The notes under the pieces were generated by a model that saw only the letters and a list, made by a program, of their open reading frames with translations, had not been told where the DNA came from and searched no databases. A stretch of DNA of 44,811 nucleotides. Source: a virus. Its lineage: Duplodnaviria > Caudoviricetes. Numbering within the stretch: the stretch's first letter is position 1; the number at the start of each line of letters is the position of its first letter. Location: IMG/VR virus record IMGVR_UViG_3300039180_001123, positions 1 to 44,811 of that record; one strand, 5' to 3'. Positions 30,100-39,834 of this stretch are shown here, one piece after another. Both the position numbers and the translations under genes were made by a program.

Positions 30100-31454
30100 T
30101 ATCGTTTCCCTAATAATTCTGTGAATGTTGTATCAATAGTTCGCTTATATTGATTAAAATTAAATGCTTGACTTCGTAGGCTAATATTTAACGAAGACTT
30201 GTGTTCTAGGTTTAGGAATATAATACCGTTGTTACTCCGTACTATACTCTTTTTCAGCTTCTCTTTATCCCCTATGATCACAATCTCCTCATCGGACGCT
30301 AGCTTAGTGTCAGAAGCTAACTCCCCTAAATCTGCTCGTATATTCTTTCTATCTGCAACGTCATTATCTTCTAAGCTTAATACTAGATCACTATCTTCGA
30401 GTGCAGGTCGTGTTATATCACTCATTAGCTGTATACTAGCTTGTAGTTTAGTTCCGTCTGGTAGTATCGCGAATCCTCCACCCTCAACTCCTCCAAACTT
30501 TGTAATTTGCTCCGTTTTGATTACCTCTGTTTTCAATACTTCAAATAAAGGACCACCATGTGAATCAACAAACGTAACAGTATCAGGTATTAGTAAGGCG
30601 ACTGGCTCTACCGGGTTATCTACTGTTACAGGCTCCTCTTCACCTACTGGTTCGTATAAACAAGATGCGTCATCTATTTTAGCTGCTGGATCATAATTTA
30701 AAGCGTCAGGATCTGTACAACCTTGCAGTGCTGCTGCAATTGTAAGTATAGGTGCTGCGCTTGATGATACTGCAGCTGTAGCGGATAAATCTATAACAGG
30801 GTTAAAGTTATTAACAATATTAATACTAGGTGATTGGATATCCTTTTCACAATTAGCCTGAGCCTCTAATATTAATTCTGTAGGTGTTATTGCGACTGGT
30901 GGTCTAACTATATCTTGAAATGGCTCAACAGGAGGTCTAGCTGGATCTTTCTTTATTTCGATCTCTTTAACTATCTCCCTCGATTCTTCTATTATTTTGT
31001 CTACTTCTGTAGCTATAATAGATTCTGTTTTCGGGCTCTCTGGATTTGGTTTTGGAGGTGGATTAGGTACTTTATATAACGGATTCGGCCTTGATATAGG
31101 AGAATCGTTCATATTATCACCATCTTTAGTAAGGCGATTTACATATACTACCGCTGGCTCTTTACCTTCGTTAGCTGTTCGTGTAGCAGCATTAATTGAT
31201 CCTGCGAGGCCTGTTGTGTGCGGACTTGATACTAATACTCCTAACTCCATTCTAGGGTATCCGTTAGCTTGTTGTATTGGAGGAGATACAGCTGTTGAAG
31301 TTGCACCTGTAGTGTTTGCAGCTTGTTGTGGCGCTGAAGTAGATGTAGTCCTACCCGTATTTGCTGCAGCTTGCTGTAAAGGTGATGTACCTTGATTAGC
31401 AATCTGCCTTGCTCTGTTAATCCCGCCTCGTGTATTTGATCTATTAGCTGCCAT
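30099..31454 (-). CDS. Hypothetical structural-region protein (451 aa), low-complexity, with one GCTDPxAxNYDxxAxxDDxSC motif
   Basis: Coupled to both neighbours by TAATG overlaps. Pro/Ala/Thr-rich N-terminal half. Cys motif at ~30654-30723. Confidence 0.7.
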   Translation of the reverse strand: MAANRSNTRGGINRARQIANQGTSPLQQAAANTGRTTSTSAPQQAANTTGATSTAVSPPIQQANGYPRMELGVLVSSPHTTGLAGSINAATRTANEGKEPAVVYVNRLTKDGDNMNDSPISRPNPLYKVPNPPPKPNPESPKTESIIATEVDKIIEESREIVKEIEIKKDPARPPVEPFQDIVRPPVAITPTELILEAQANCEKDIQSPSINIVNNFNPVIDLSATAAVSSSAAPILTIAAALQGCTDPDALNYDPAAKIDDASCLYEPVGEEEPVTVDNPVEPVALLIPDTVTFVDSHGGPLFEVLKTEVIKTEQITKFGGVEGGGFAILPDGTKLQASIQLMSDITRPALEDSDLVLSLEDNDVADRKNIRADLGELASDTKLASDEEIVIIGDKEKLKKSIVRSNNGIIFLNLEHKSSLNISLRSQAFNFNQYKRTIDTTFTELLGKR

Positions 31455-32566
31455 TATTTAACTTTGAAGTAAAAATTTTCATCATATATAACTACTGATT
31501 GATCTGATTGTGTAACTTGAAAGCATAACTTATAATACCGTTCACGCATGAAGGAGTTCATGTCGAGATTCAAGTAATTACCGTTTGAATCACAACTTAG
31601 CTTAGTACCTTTATAGCTATACGGTACTACAAACTCATCTGTTATAGCATCCTTTATACTGTAATATGATGATGTGGGTAGGAAGTTAATACTTTTGAAA
31701 TTAGATTCAGTTGAAAAAGTTTTAGTGGGATACCGTGATCTACCGACTACTCTAATCTTCGGCGTTTCCTTAGTGGAATACTCGTGCTTTAAATTTTTAA
31801 CAAATACAACACCTTCATCCGTTGTTAGCTCTGTTAGCCCAGTTGATGTAAATGATGAATCATCATACACTACCTCGAGTTTAGGTTGATATACTGTATT
31901 AGTCTCTCGTGAGAAAAATCTAAGAGTACCATATTCATCAGTATCACTTTCTTGTGATCCAGAGCGCATAAGTATTAGCCCGTCGTTTTCTCTACCTTCA
32001 GAAAGTAAATACAATATTGGTGCTGTTACATCCATCCGTATATCTGCAGACTCGTCGTTAAATGATTGTGTACCGTAATAATTACTATACCATGTTCCTC
32101 CACCTGTAACATTAGAATACATTATTGTAGAATCTACATCTAGTGATCGAGAGGTCCATTGCGTATCCCTAGAAGCAACGTATTGCGCGCTATTATTTTG
32201 CTTGCTCCTATACTCCCAGGATGCTCCTGTTCGTGTAATCTTATTATTCTGTGTCGGTTCAAGTGCTCTACCAGTACCATTTTCCCATGATTGTGAAACA
32301 GGGTAGACAACTAATGAATACTTTTGTGGTGTTTCAATTACATCTGTTTGGTATAGATTTAAAAAAAATGTAGGGTTAGGAATCTTACCAGATGCGTAAG
32401 ATGCGCTTATTTCTTCTAGAGGGAATTTAATTAATACACGTGAGGTAAATATTCCTGCAGATGATGATATTTTAGTTAACTCTAAAAGCGAGTCAATACC
32501 AGCATTCATACTGCTTGATTGCTCATATATAGTTGTATCATTAATAGAGTATGTGGATTTTATCAT
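31454..32566 (-). CDS. Virion structural protein (370 aa), DNRLRE-like beta-sandwich
   Basis: Pattern DTTIYE...N.G...LEL...SRVLIKF...VSQSWENGTG...FFSRE....PKLEVVY. Baseplate context. Confidence 0.55.
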   Translation of the reverse strand: MIKSTYSINDTTIYEQSSSMNAGIDSLLELTKISSSAGIFTSRVLIKFPLEEISASYASGKIPNPTFFLNLYQTDVIETPQKYSLVVYPVSQSWENGTGRALEPTQNNKITRTGASWEYRSKQNNSAQYVASRDTQWTSRSLDVDSTIMYSNVTGGGTWYSNYYGTQSFNDESADIRMDVTAPILYLLSEGRENDGLILMRSGSQESDTDEYGTLRFFSRETNTVYQPKLEVVYDDSSFTSTGLTELTTDEGVVFVKNLKHEYSTKETPKIRVVGRSRYPTKTFSTESNFKSINFLPTSSYYSIKDAITDEFVVPYSYKGTKLSCDSNGNYLNLDMNSFMRERYYKLCFQVTQSDQSVVIYDENFYFKVK

Positions 32567-32576
32567 TAGTTTTCTC

Positions 32577-34463
32577 TTAGAGGTTTATCACACGACCTTT
32601 AATATTAGAGTTAGGATGCTTTACTTCGAAGATACTCGGGTCAAGTGATGGATAAATTACTTGATTACGAGTCGCTTGTGTGATATCATAAATATTACCA
32701 GAGTATCCAGATTGAGCGTCATGTAAGTTAAATATCTCTACTTTCATAATACTCTGAACGCCTACTATCGATGCGAGTTCAGTGTAAAAGTCAGCTAATA
32801 TTATAGGTTGATTAATCTGCCATTTATCAATATTAAACATAGCCTTTATACGAGATAGACATTTAAGTAATACCTCGTTACTACTAAATCCAGGTAAAGT
32901 CATTATCTCAAAATCAATACCTATATTAATAATATGAGCGTTTTTAATTGTTATTGAATCAGTTAGCAAGCGATATGGTGATAGATACTCTTTAATATTT
33001 TCTTTAGTAGCTGGATTTGTGAGTGTAAGCTGTTTATTATCGTTATATGATAAAGTGTATAAACTCACTGCAAATGGATTACGTATTCTTGAACTCTCTG
33101 GAGTGATGTTTAGCTTTTCATCCTGAGTTGCGTATACCTTCGCTATTGAACCGTATGTTGATGGCATAGTTAGTGTTCGTATCATATAATCATCCTTACT
33201 AACTACCCTACCTTGTGCATTAAAAAATGCTAATGCGTTATTTCTAATCTCCTCTACTGTTTCAGGTCCTCTAGCTCCTTGAGCTGGTGTTGGATTTGTA
33301 ATTGCTACCGAATTTTGTGTACTATTATATAGAGTGTTATCTAACCCTACTCCTTCACTAATATATTGAATAAAGTCTATACTCGTAATTTCACCTGCAG
33401 AGACGTTGTCTGTTACACCTTTACCAATACTATACTCAACTGTTAGAGTTGTATTAGCTGGTGCTTCCCCGTACGCTTTCGTAAACATAAAGTTGGATGG
33501 GTCAATAAATGTATTACTCATAGCTGTTGCAGCAGGTAGTAATGATCCAGCGTTAATTGGGTTAGGGACAATTTCTTCATCAGGTTGAGTTGATGTACCT
33601 GAACCGAATTCAAGTACCATTTTACCATCCTCTCTAATCTTAGATGTAAATCGTTTAGATGTCTTTTTTAGTTTTAACAGGTAAGGAGTTTCTGCGTTAT
33701 ACTGAGTAAGCGTGGGATCATTGTATTGATTATTAGTTATTCGTTTAGCTACTGTATCTTGAGCTAGGAAGGGAACTTCTGACCACTCATTACCGTCAGA
33801 ATCAGTAACTTTATCAATTGATATAATGTTAGTTCTACTTAGTGGTAATTGTAGATAAGCTTGTGGTGAGGTAACTGTAAATGTTTGTGTAGCTTTATTA
33901 CCTGATTGAAAGGACGCTCGTTTCTTTAGTAAGTAAAATGTCGGTTCCCCTGTTGTTTCATCAGTAGTGAATACTGATACATCTGTAGGGTTACTTGAGC
34001 CTGATACAGAAAAGTCTATAGGTAGATCTCTCTTAAAAGAGGTGTCGTTACTTGATTTAACTCGCATACCGCCTTGAATAGCTAGTGCATATTTAAAATC
34101 AGGTACATTAAGGTTACCAGCTCCTATTGAAGGCACTGTTTGGTATATATCAACATCCACGAGCGATGCTACTGCTTGTTTAGGTTTATAGCCTAAAGCT
34201 TGTGCTAGTAATGTGATATTCTTACGTTCTGTTGCATACGGTAGTAATGATTCTTTAAATTGTTTATCTAGATAAAAGCTTAATACATCTCCAACATATG
34301 CAGTTGTCTCTAGGAACATCATACCAGGTGATGACTCATTAAAATCATTAAAGGTTGTAGGGTAATATGTTTTAGCAAAATTAATAAGATTTTTCCGAAG
34401 TGTTGGAAAATCCTTACCAGTATATTTTATATCCTTTGAAATTTTTTCGTTTACGTATGACAT
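32577..34463 (-). CDS. Baseplate wedge subunit (T4 gp6/baseplate J-like), 628 aa
   Basis: DFPTLRKNL...DFNESSPGMMFLETTAYVGDVLSFYLD...LAQALGYKP, LEFGSG and ETVEEIRNNA...QGRVVSKDDY are gp6-type motifs. Confidence 0.88.
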   Translation of the reverse strand: MSYVNEKISKDIKYTGKDFPTLRKNLINFAKTYYPTTFNDFNESSPGMMFLETTAYVGDVLSFYLDKQFKESLLPYATERKNITLLAQALGYKPKQAVASLVDVDIYQTVPSIGAGNLNVPDFKYALAIQGGMRVKSSNDTSFKRDLPIDFSVSGSSNPTDVSVFTTDETTGEPTFYLLKKRASFQSGNKATQTFTVTSPQAYLQLPLSRTNIISIDKVTDSDGNEWSEVPFLAQDTVAKRITNNQYNDPTLTQYNAETPYLLKLKKTSKRFTSKIREDGKMVLEFGSGTSTQPDEEIVPNPINAGSLLPAATAMSNTFIDPSNFMFTKAYGEAPANTTLTVEYSIGKGVTDNVSAGEITSIDFIQYISEGVGLDNTLYNSTQNSVAITNPTPAQGARGPETVEEIRNNALAFFNAQGRVVSKDDYMIRTLTMPSTYGSIAKVYATQDEKLNITPESSRIRNPFAVSLYTLSYNDNKQLTLTNPATKENIKEYLSPYRLLTDSITIKNAHIINIGIDFEIMTLPGFSSNEVLLKCLSRIKAMFNIDKWQINQPIILADFYTELASIVGVQSIMKVEIFNLHDAQSGYSGNIYDITQATRNQVIYPSLDPSIFEVKHPNSNIKGRVINL

Positions 34464-34470
34464 ATGATTC

Positions 34471-34902
34471 CTATATATTCTCTACTAGTACTGTTCCATC
34501 TGATCCGAATACAAAGGTAATGTTGCTGAATTTTGTAATATCATCTATGACTGAAACGTCTAACGCTATTCTAATTGTGTATTGATTAATATCTTGAATA
34601 TCTCTATGTATCTTTAGAGTACCTACTTTGATGAACGGTAACCATTTTTTAATTGTATCTAATATTTCGTTCCTAAGTTCACCCTCTATATTACTTGTAT
34701 TTGGTTGAAATAAAAACCGTCTTAAGTTAGTACCAAAATTAGGTTGCATGAATCGCTCACCCTTATGGGTTAATAATAGGTTGACTAAATCAGTCTTAGC
34801 TTGATCTAGCGTGGTGTAATTTAATGCAAAATTAGATTGACCGGGACCAAATGGTAGTTTAATACCTAACGCAATATCGTCTCTGTCAAATAAGTTTGCC
34901 AT
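34471..34902 (-). CDS. Baseplate gp25/GPW-like protein
   Basis: LVNLLLTHKGERFMQPNFGTNLRRFLF motif, adjacent to the gp6-like gene. Confidence 0.9.
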   Translation of the reverse strand: MANLFDRDDIALGIKLPFGPGQSNFALNYTTLDQAKTDLVNLLLTHKGERFMQPNFGTNLRRFLFQPNTSNIEGELRNEILDTIKKWLPFIKVGTLKIHRDIQDINQYTIRIALDVSVIDDITKFSNITFVFGSDGTVLVENI

Positions 34903-34904
34903 AA

Positions 34905-35435
34905 TTATCTTTTAAACTTTTTTACTAGCTCACTATAATCACGTGTTAATGCTTTAGCTACTGATGGATCCACGTCTTGATTATTTGTTCTACCACCACT
35001 TGTATTCCTTGTAGGTACCATTTCTTGTATTGATGGGGTACTAGTTTGCGCCACATCACCGTATCCCATTTTAGCAGCTAATGATTTTCGATCAAATGTA
35101 TCAGCATTAGTAGAAGTGTAGGTTTGATTACCCATTGTAGGGTACTCCACTGTTTGCTCTGTTAATCTAGATACATTTCCATCTGCTATTTCGCCAGCTG
35201 TCTCATTTAATATCGCATTTAACATTGCGTTTTTAGTATACTGCTTAACTGCTTTAGGTGCACGTGCTCTCCTCTCAGTAAGATCCTGTAAACCTAAGGC
35301 ATGCTTTAATCCTGATTTAAACTCGCTTTTTGTAGATTTAGGCGCTTTTTGTTCATTTAATACTTGACGTACTTCTTTACGAACCTCCTCACGGACCATT
35401 TTTCGTATAACTTGTGCTAATTTATTTGTTGACAT
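34905..35435 (-). CDS. Hypothetical late protein (176 aa)
   Basis: Strong SD AGAGGAG and upstream late motif. Motifs IRKMVREEVRKEV, LNAILNETA and ALTRDYSELVK. Confidence 0.8.
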   Translation of the reverse strand: MSTNKLAQVIRKMVREEVRKEVRQVLNEQKAPKSTKSEFKSGLKHALGLQDLTERRARAPKAVKQYTKNAMLNAILNETAGEIADGNVSRLTEQTVEYPTMGNQTYTSTNADTFDRKSLAAKMGYGDVAQTSTPSIQEMVPTRNTSGGRTNNQDVDPSVAKALTRDYSELVKKFKR

Positions 35436-35463
35436 TGTTCTCCTCTATATATACTTTATCATA

Positions 35464-35473
35464 TATAAATATG
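35464..35473 (-). promoter_or_regulatory. Putative late promoter motif CATATTTATA
   Basis: Exact match to the copies at 9751 and 25588, intergenic. Confidence 0.65.
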
Positions 35474-35501
35474 ATATAGTCTAATTTATTGATTAAAATA
35501 A

Positions 35502-36101
35502 CTAAGCAACTCCCATCCATGGTATAGGTACTGGAACAGGTGGTGCTGGTGGTGCTGGTACTAATCCAGTGTATAATCCAGATATCATAGTTAAGTGCTG
35601 TGTAAATCCTGATACTAATATTCCTGCAATTGCTGCACAATTATTTGAGTGAAATGCATCGTGTATAGATGATGCTAATGCTGGTATTGCTCCCATACCT
35701 GGATCTAATTGAGTAACTCCAGGTGCAGGTGCTATGGTTGGAGGGTGAGGTGGCATTGGAGCATATTGAGCTGCTGCCCAAGCATTAACAGTACCAGTTG
35801 CTGCTGCTATCCATACAGGTACACCAATATCTATACCTTCAGGTGGAGCTCCAGCTGCTTGAAATTGCTGAGCAAATGAAGCTTCAAATCCTGATTGCAT
35901 AGTTGCTTTAACCCAACCACTTGATAGTAGATTACCGTAAGGTATAATACCTGCTGTCTTTATAGCTATTTCATATTCATCTGCTATCTTTTTAGCGGTT
36001 GGTCTACCAGCTGCTTGATAATCTTCATCACCATCACCTTTTGCGTTACCACAAAACCATGAGTTCATTGCTGCTGTAAATGGGGGCCATAATGCTGGCA
36101 T
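35502..36101 (-). CDS. Ala/Pro-rich hypothetical protein (199 aa), probably spike/hub-associated
   Basis: SD AGGAG. Directly downstream of the spike-like gene. C-terminal PAPPAPPVPVPIPWMG. Confidence 0.75.
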   Translation of the reverse strand: MPALWPPFTAAMNSWFCGNAKGDGDEDYQAAGRPTAKKIADEYEIAIKTAGIIPYGNLLSSGWVKATMQSGFEASFAQQFQAAGAPPEGIDIGVPVWIAAATGTVNAWAAAQYAPMPPHPPTIAPAPGVTQLDPGMGAIPALASSIHDAFHSNNCAAIAGILVSGFTQHLTMISGLYTGLVPAPPAPPVPVPIPWMGVA

Positions 36102-36114
36102 TTACTATCTCCTG

Positions 36115-37572
36115 TTATCCGTTTCTTTGCACCCAAACAGTATCACTGTACCCTACTGCTAATGTACTTTTTAATGTTGCTATATCAGCTTGCTGTGCTG
36201 CGTATTGAGGTGCTTGTATTGGTGGTCCTGATGGTCCAACAGGTGTTGGATGTATTTCTGATTGTAATGTTGTTAGCATTGCATCTATAATATCACACAG
36301 GGTACTTTTCCACAAATCATCTTCATCACCTAAAACTAGAGGATGTCCTTTAGTAGCTTGTGTTGCACCTACACCTCCATCCTCCTCTGATTGCTGCGAT
36401 TTACCAAGGTATATAAGTGGTGCTTCTATTTCGAACTTCTCTGTTGCGTTTAAATATATCGATGGTGTATCTACTAACAATTCACTACCTGCATCAATTG
36501 TTATATCTGTCTCTGTAGTTAACCCGATTCCTCCTCCTCCGAAAATAAACGTACCTGCTTCACGGCTGTTAAATACTAATCGGTTGGAGGTTAGTAATAT
36601 CTGTCCTTGACGCTCACCCTCTTCATCAATTAAACTATCTGTAGTAGGTGCTGTTAAATCTTCTCCTACAGTATTTTCACCTGCTTCAAACGATAGTGCA
36701 TCATACTTAGTAGAGCCAAACGTTAATGGAACAGTTTGACCTTTAGTCATCCATATTGAAGAAGCTTCATTATCAGGTGTTTCTACAATATGCTCCCCAC
36801 CATCTTCTAAATCTTGATCTTGACCGTTACGTATAATCAAGATAGGTTCTGCAGGATCATCTGTAGATGGATCTGACCAGGTATTCTCTTGACCGCTAGT
36901 TGCTTTCACAGCTGATCCGAACCGTATTGAATGACCAAACCTTCCTTCTAATGTTAGATCACCTTCATAAGGTTGAATAGGGCGAACTCTAGGCTGCTCT
37001 TTAAATGTCTCTCCAAACTCAATATCACTACCTTCATCACCTGATAGATTTGGATTACCGAATCCAGCTGATTTATACTCCTCAATCTTTGATTCGTTCT
37101 CTACATCAGCTGATGGATCTGGTATACTTAGATACGGTAGTGCGTTATGGTGTACTGATCCCCAAATATTCAATATATCATGATAATATATAATCTCTGT
37201 ATCTATACTTGCTACACTCTGCTTACTTACATGTGATGTAGTTAGTACTATTTCATGCTTAACAGGGTACTGCTTAATATTCTTGGTTAAAGGTACAGCC
37301 CACGGTAGGTTTTCTTGATCTACAAGGTTTTGATCTGTATGTATTCTACGGATCTGTATCATACCCACCTGCTCTTCTGGATCAGGTATGGAGTCGTCAT
37401 AATGAGGGTGATCAGGGTTAAGTATAATATCAATCACTTCTGCAGGTTCTGTATTTATTACTGTTTCACGTAGATTTATTACGTGATCCAAATCAGCTGC
37501 AGTAACAGGCTTTTCAGCCCCTACAGGATTATAATACTTTGATTGATTATTTTTTATTTTGCTGTAAGCCAT
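36115..37572 (-). CDS. Baseplate hub/central spike protein (gp5/gpV-like), 485 aa
   Basis: OB-fold-like N-terminus (EVIDIIL...GMIQIR...QYPVKHEIV), EGDLTLEGRFGHSIRFGS, short beta-repeat region and C-terminal PLVLGD...IHPTPVGPSGPP. Upstream of gp25/gp6. Confidence 0.65.
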   Translation of the reverse strand: MAYSKIKNNQSKYYNPVGAEKPVTAADLDHVINLRETVINTEPAEVIDIILNPDHPHYDDSIPDPEEQVGMIQIRRIHTDQNLVDQENLPWAVPLTKNIKQYPVKHEIVLTTSHVSKQSVASIDTEIIYYHDILNIWGSVHHNALPYLSIPDPSADVENESKIEEYKSAGFGNPNLSGDEGSDIEFGETFKEQPRVRPIQPYEGDLTLEGRFGHSIRFGSAVKATSGQENTWSDPSTDDPAEPILIIRNGQDQDLEDGGEHIVETPDNEASSIWMTKGQTVPLTFGSTKYDALSFEAGENTVGEDLTAPTTDSLIDEEGERQGQILLTSNRLVFNSREAGTFIFGGGGIGLTTETDITIDAGSELLVDTPSIYLNATEKFEIEAPLIYLGKSQQSEEDGGVGATQATKGHPLVLGDEDDLWKSTLCDIIDAMLTTLQSEIHPTPVGPSGPPIQAPQYAAQQADIATLKSTLAVGYSDTVWVQRNG

Positions 37573-37939
37573 TATTCACACTTTTAACTTGCTCGTCAAG
37601 CTTCGTATTACCTTTATCAAGGTTTTCTAACTCATCTAGGAGTTGCTTTTTTTCTTCTTCTGAAATACCAAAGTCACTTTCACCTTGTGTATTATTACCG
37701 AGAAGTCGCTGAACTACAGCTAGTAGTTTAGCTAGTTGATCATCATTCTTGACGCTTACTTCAAGATAATCCTTTATTAGAGGTACTATAATAGTAGCGT
37801 CACCAATATTAGTTACAAACGGTTTCAACTCTGATATTAATAAGTTTATTTGACCTTCCTTTTTCTTTGAAGCACCATATAAATCCTTTGCAATATCAGA
37901 AAAGCTTTTCCCTTTAAATATTTCAGTATCTTTATCCAT
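37547..37939 (-). CDS. Hypothetical helical protein (130 aa)
   Basis: Clean ORF between the sigma and spike genes, containing IVPLIKDYLEVSVKNDDQLAKL. Confidence 0.8.
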   Translation of the reverse strand: MDKDTEIFKGKSFSDIAKDLYGASKKKEGQINLLISELKPFVTNIGDATIIVPLIKDYLEVSVKNDDQLAKLLAVVQRLLGNNTQGESDFGISEEEKKQLLDELENLDKGNTKLDEQVKSVNNGLQQNKK

Positions 37940-37947
37940 ATATATAA

Positions 37948-38748
37948 TTAGAAATATTTATAATTCTGATCGTTAGAAGGTAGCTTACCTGTAGTATTAT
38001 ATTCTTCCCACATATAATTATACACTTTCTTCATTTGATTAACTACTTTAGTGATATATTGAGTTTTTACATCTGCCATCTCTCGTATCATAATATATAA
38101 TGCTTTCTTATTATATATCTCAATGTTTACACGTCGTCTAAATAGTTCAGCAATTGCTGCAGCTACCCGTATATCCTTCTTTCGCGTGAATAGCACGGTT
38201 AAGTTTTCATCCCAGAATTCAACCATTAAATCAGTAAAGTCCTTCTTTGATTCAATATAATCACTACGAACTATCTCGTTTGTAATATTACGTGAGAGAT
38301 CAACTGCATCTAATGAAGTGCGCTGTTTCATCTTTTTATAATTCTCATTATTATTATAGATTAAATAATTCTTTGCAACAATACTAAAATATGAGTATGC
38401 TTTAGAGCCTTTTGTTTCGTCATACTTATCTATTTTTTCAATTAGATAAGCTACTACCTCAGCTTGAACATCAACATATGGATCGTCAAAGCAGTAAAAC
38501 TTAAACGTGTGAATAATGTTCTCTGCTAGCTTCATAAATGGTTTATGTATATGCTGAGAGTAAACCTTATTACGTAAATGATAACTAGGCTCTTTATTAT
38601 AAGCTATAATCGCGTTTTCATTTTCCTCAAAGAAATATCCCCTTCGCTTTTTTGCTTTAGTTGCTTTACGGTCAGCTTCGAATATCGCATACCATTCATA
38701 AAACTCTTCTACTGGTGATAAGCTTGCGCTAGTTTGAGTTGCTATCAT
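37948..38748 (-). CDS. Phage RNA polymerase sigma factor, T4 gp55-like (late transcription)
   Basis: Sigma region 2-like segment DVQAEVVAYLIEKIDKYDETKGSKAYSYFSIVAKNYLI, preceded by FMKLAENII. SD GGAGAGG. Confidence 0.72.
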   Translation of the reverse strand: MIATQTSASLSPVEEFYEWYAIFEADRKATKAKKRRGYFFEENENAIIAYNKEPSYHLRNKVYSQHIHKPFMKLAENIIHTFKFYCFDDPYVDVQAEVVAYLIEKIDKYDETKGSKAYSYFSIVAKNYLIYNNNENYKKMKQRTSLDAVDLSRNITNEIVRSDYIESKKDFTDLMVEFWDENLTVLFTRKKDIRVAAAIAELFRRRVNIEIYNKKALYIMIREMADVKTQYITKVVNQMKKVYNYMWEEYNTTGKLPSNDQNYKYF

Positions 38749-39016
38749 CTTCCTCTCCTAATGTATCTAATTTATGTATAATTGATTTGAGCTCTTTGAA
38801 GAAATACCCCACTTCATCATCAGATGAAAATGATCCTTTATTATCTATCTTCTTAATCTCCTTGTTCATATCTGTGATTGTTTTTGAAAACATCGCTACC
38901 CATGTCTCTAGATTCTCTATATATTCCTCACCCTGCTCATACTTACGTAGTAGGTTATAGATTATAAATAGTGTGCTAGCGAGAGCTAATGATAGTATTA
39001 TAATTGTTATTATCAT
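38729..39016 (-). CDS. Small N-terminally membrane-anchored coiled-coil protein (95 aa)
   Basis: Hydrophobic MIITIIILSLALASTLFIIYNLL followed by a heptad-like region. ATGA overlap with the HD gene. Confidence 0.75.
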   Translation of the reverse strand: MIITIIILSLALASTLFIIYNLLRKYEQGEEYIENLETWVAMFSKTITDMNKEIKKIDNKGSFSSDDEVGYFFKELKSIIHKLDTLGEEDDSNSN

Positions 39017-39825
39017 TGGAATAGCTCATCAAATAATTTACTTGCATCAGTACCTGTATTAAGCTCTGATTTTACTTTCTTAGGTGTTGATTTAATAACC
39101 GCTACTGGTTTCTTTACTACATGCTCCATCATCTTATCTCTTGATACATCAGTTAATGTTCGTGTACCCTGTAATCCGTTCTCACCATACTTCCATCGCT
39201 CCCATTCAACTCTAGAAGCCATCATATCAGCTTGATGTAATATTAAGGATAAATTTGAGCGTAATCTAGAGTCAGGGTTAAAGCTAACTAAGTAAGGTTT
39301 ATTTGCTTCTTCATACATACCATCGTGGATTCGTATTCCTAAAAACTCATTCCAAGAATACTTAATACCAAAGTGCTGTAGTAAGAATAAACTTCTATCT
39401 GGAACTAAACTGAATTCTGTTTTAGGGTTAACAGTATATAAGGCTCCTTGATTCTTTCTATGCCATTCAGACTCGTTAGGTATGTACGTATCATTTTCTA
39501 GATCACCTACTTTACCTAGATCGTGATTAAGTGCAGCAAACATTAGCTCTTCCACTGAGTAATTATCTGTATGTGCACCTTGCATCATCCAAGAGTTATA
39601 AAGGTCGAATGCACAATCCATAACACGTAAAACGTGATCTACATACCCTCCTGGAAAGCAGTTATGGTAATGCTCTCTCGAGCTTGCTGGAGCAAACATC
39701 ATTCGCTCTGCAAAGTGATTGTACATTTCAAGAAGTTTATCTCTACGTTCACCACTAAATTGATGATCAATCCTTCCTAGTAAATCATCCCAATTTTGTT
39801 TAATTTGTTTTTCGTTTAATTTCAT
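39013..39825 (-). CDS. HD-domain phosphohydrolase (YhaM/Cbf1-like)
   Basis: APAS...HYHNCFPGGYVDHVLRV, ALNHDLGKVG, IRIHDG and LILHQADMMAS provide the H..HD..H..D metal ligands. Confidence 0.88.
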   Translation of the reverse strand: MKLNEKQIKQNWDDLLGRIDHQFSGERRDKLLEMYNHFAERMMFAPASSREHYHNCFPGGYVDHVLRVMDCAFDLYNSWMMQGAHTDNYSVEELMFAALNHDLGKVGDLENDTYIPNESEWHRKNQGALYTVNPKTEFSLVPDRSLFLLQHFGIKYSWNEFLGIRIHDGMYEEANKPYLVSFNPDSRLRSNLSLILHQADMMASRVEWERWKYGENGLQGTRTLTDVSRDKMMEHVVKKPVAVIKSTPKKVKSELNTGTDASKLFDELFQ

Positions 39826-39834
39826 ATATAATTA

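Noticed and set aside
35422-35640. 72-aa minus-strand ORF overlapping the 199-aa gene and the late motif
   Set aside because: Alternative frame of a Pro-rich C-terminus that runs across a regulatory gap; no independent support.
38729-39016. Holin or spanin call for the 95-aa membrane protein
   Set aside because: No endolysin or lipoprotein partner nearby, and it sits in an early-type unit; left as hypothetical.
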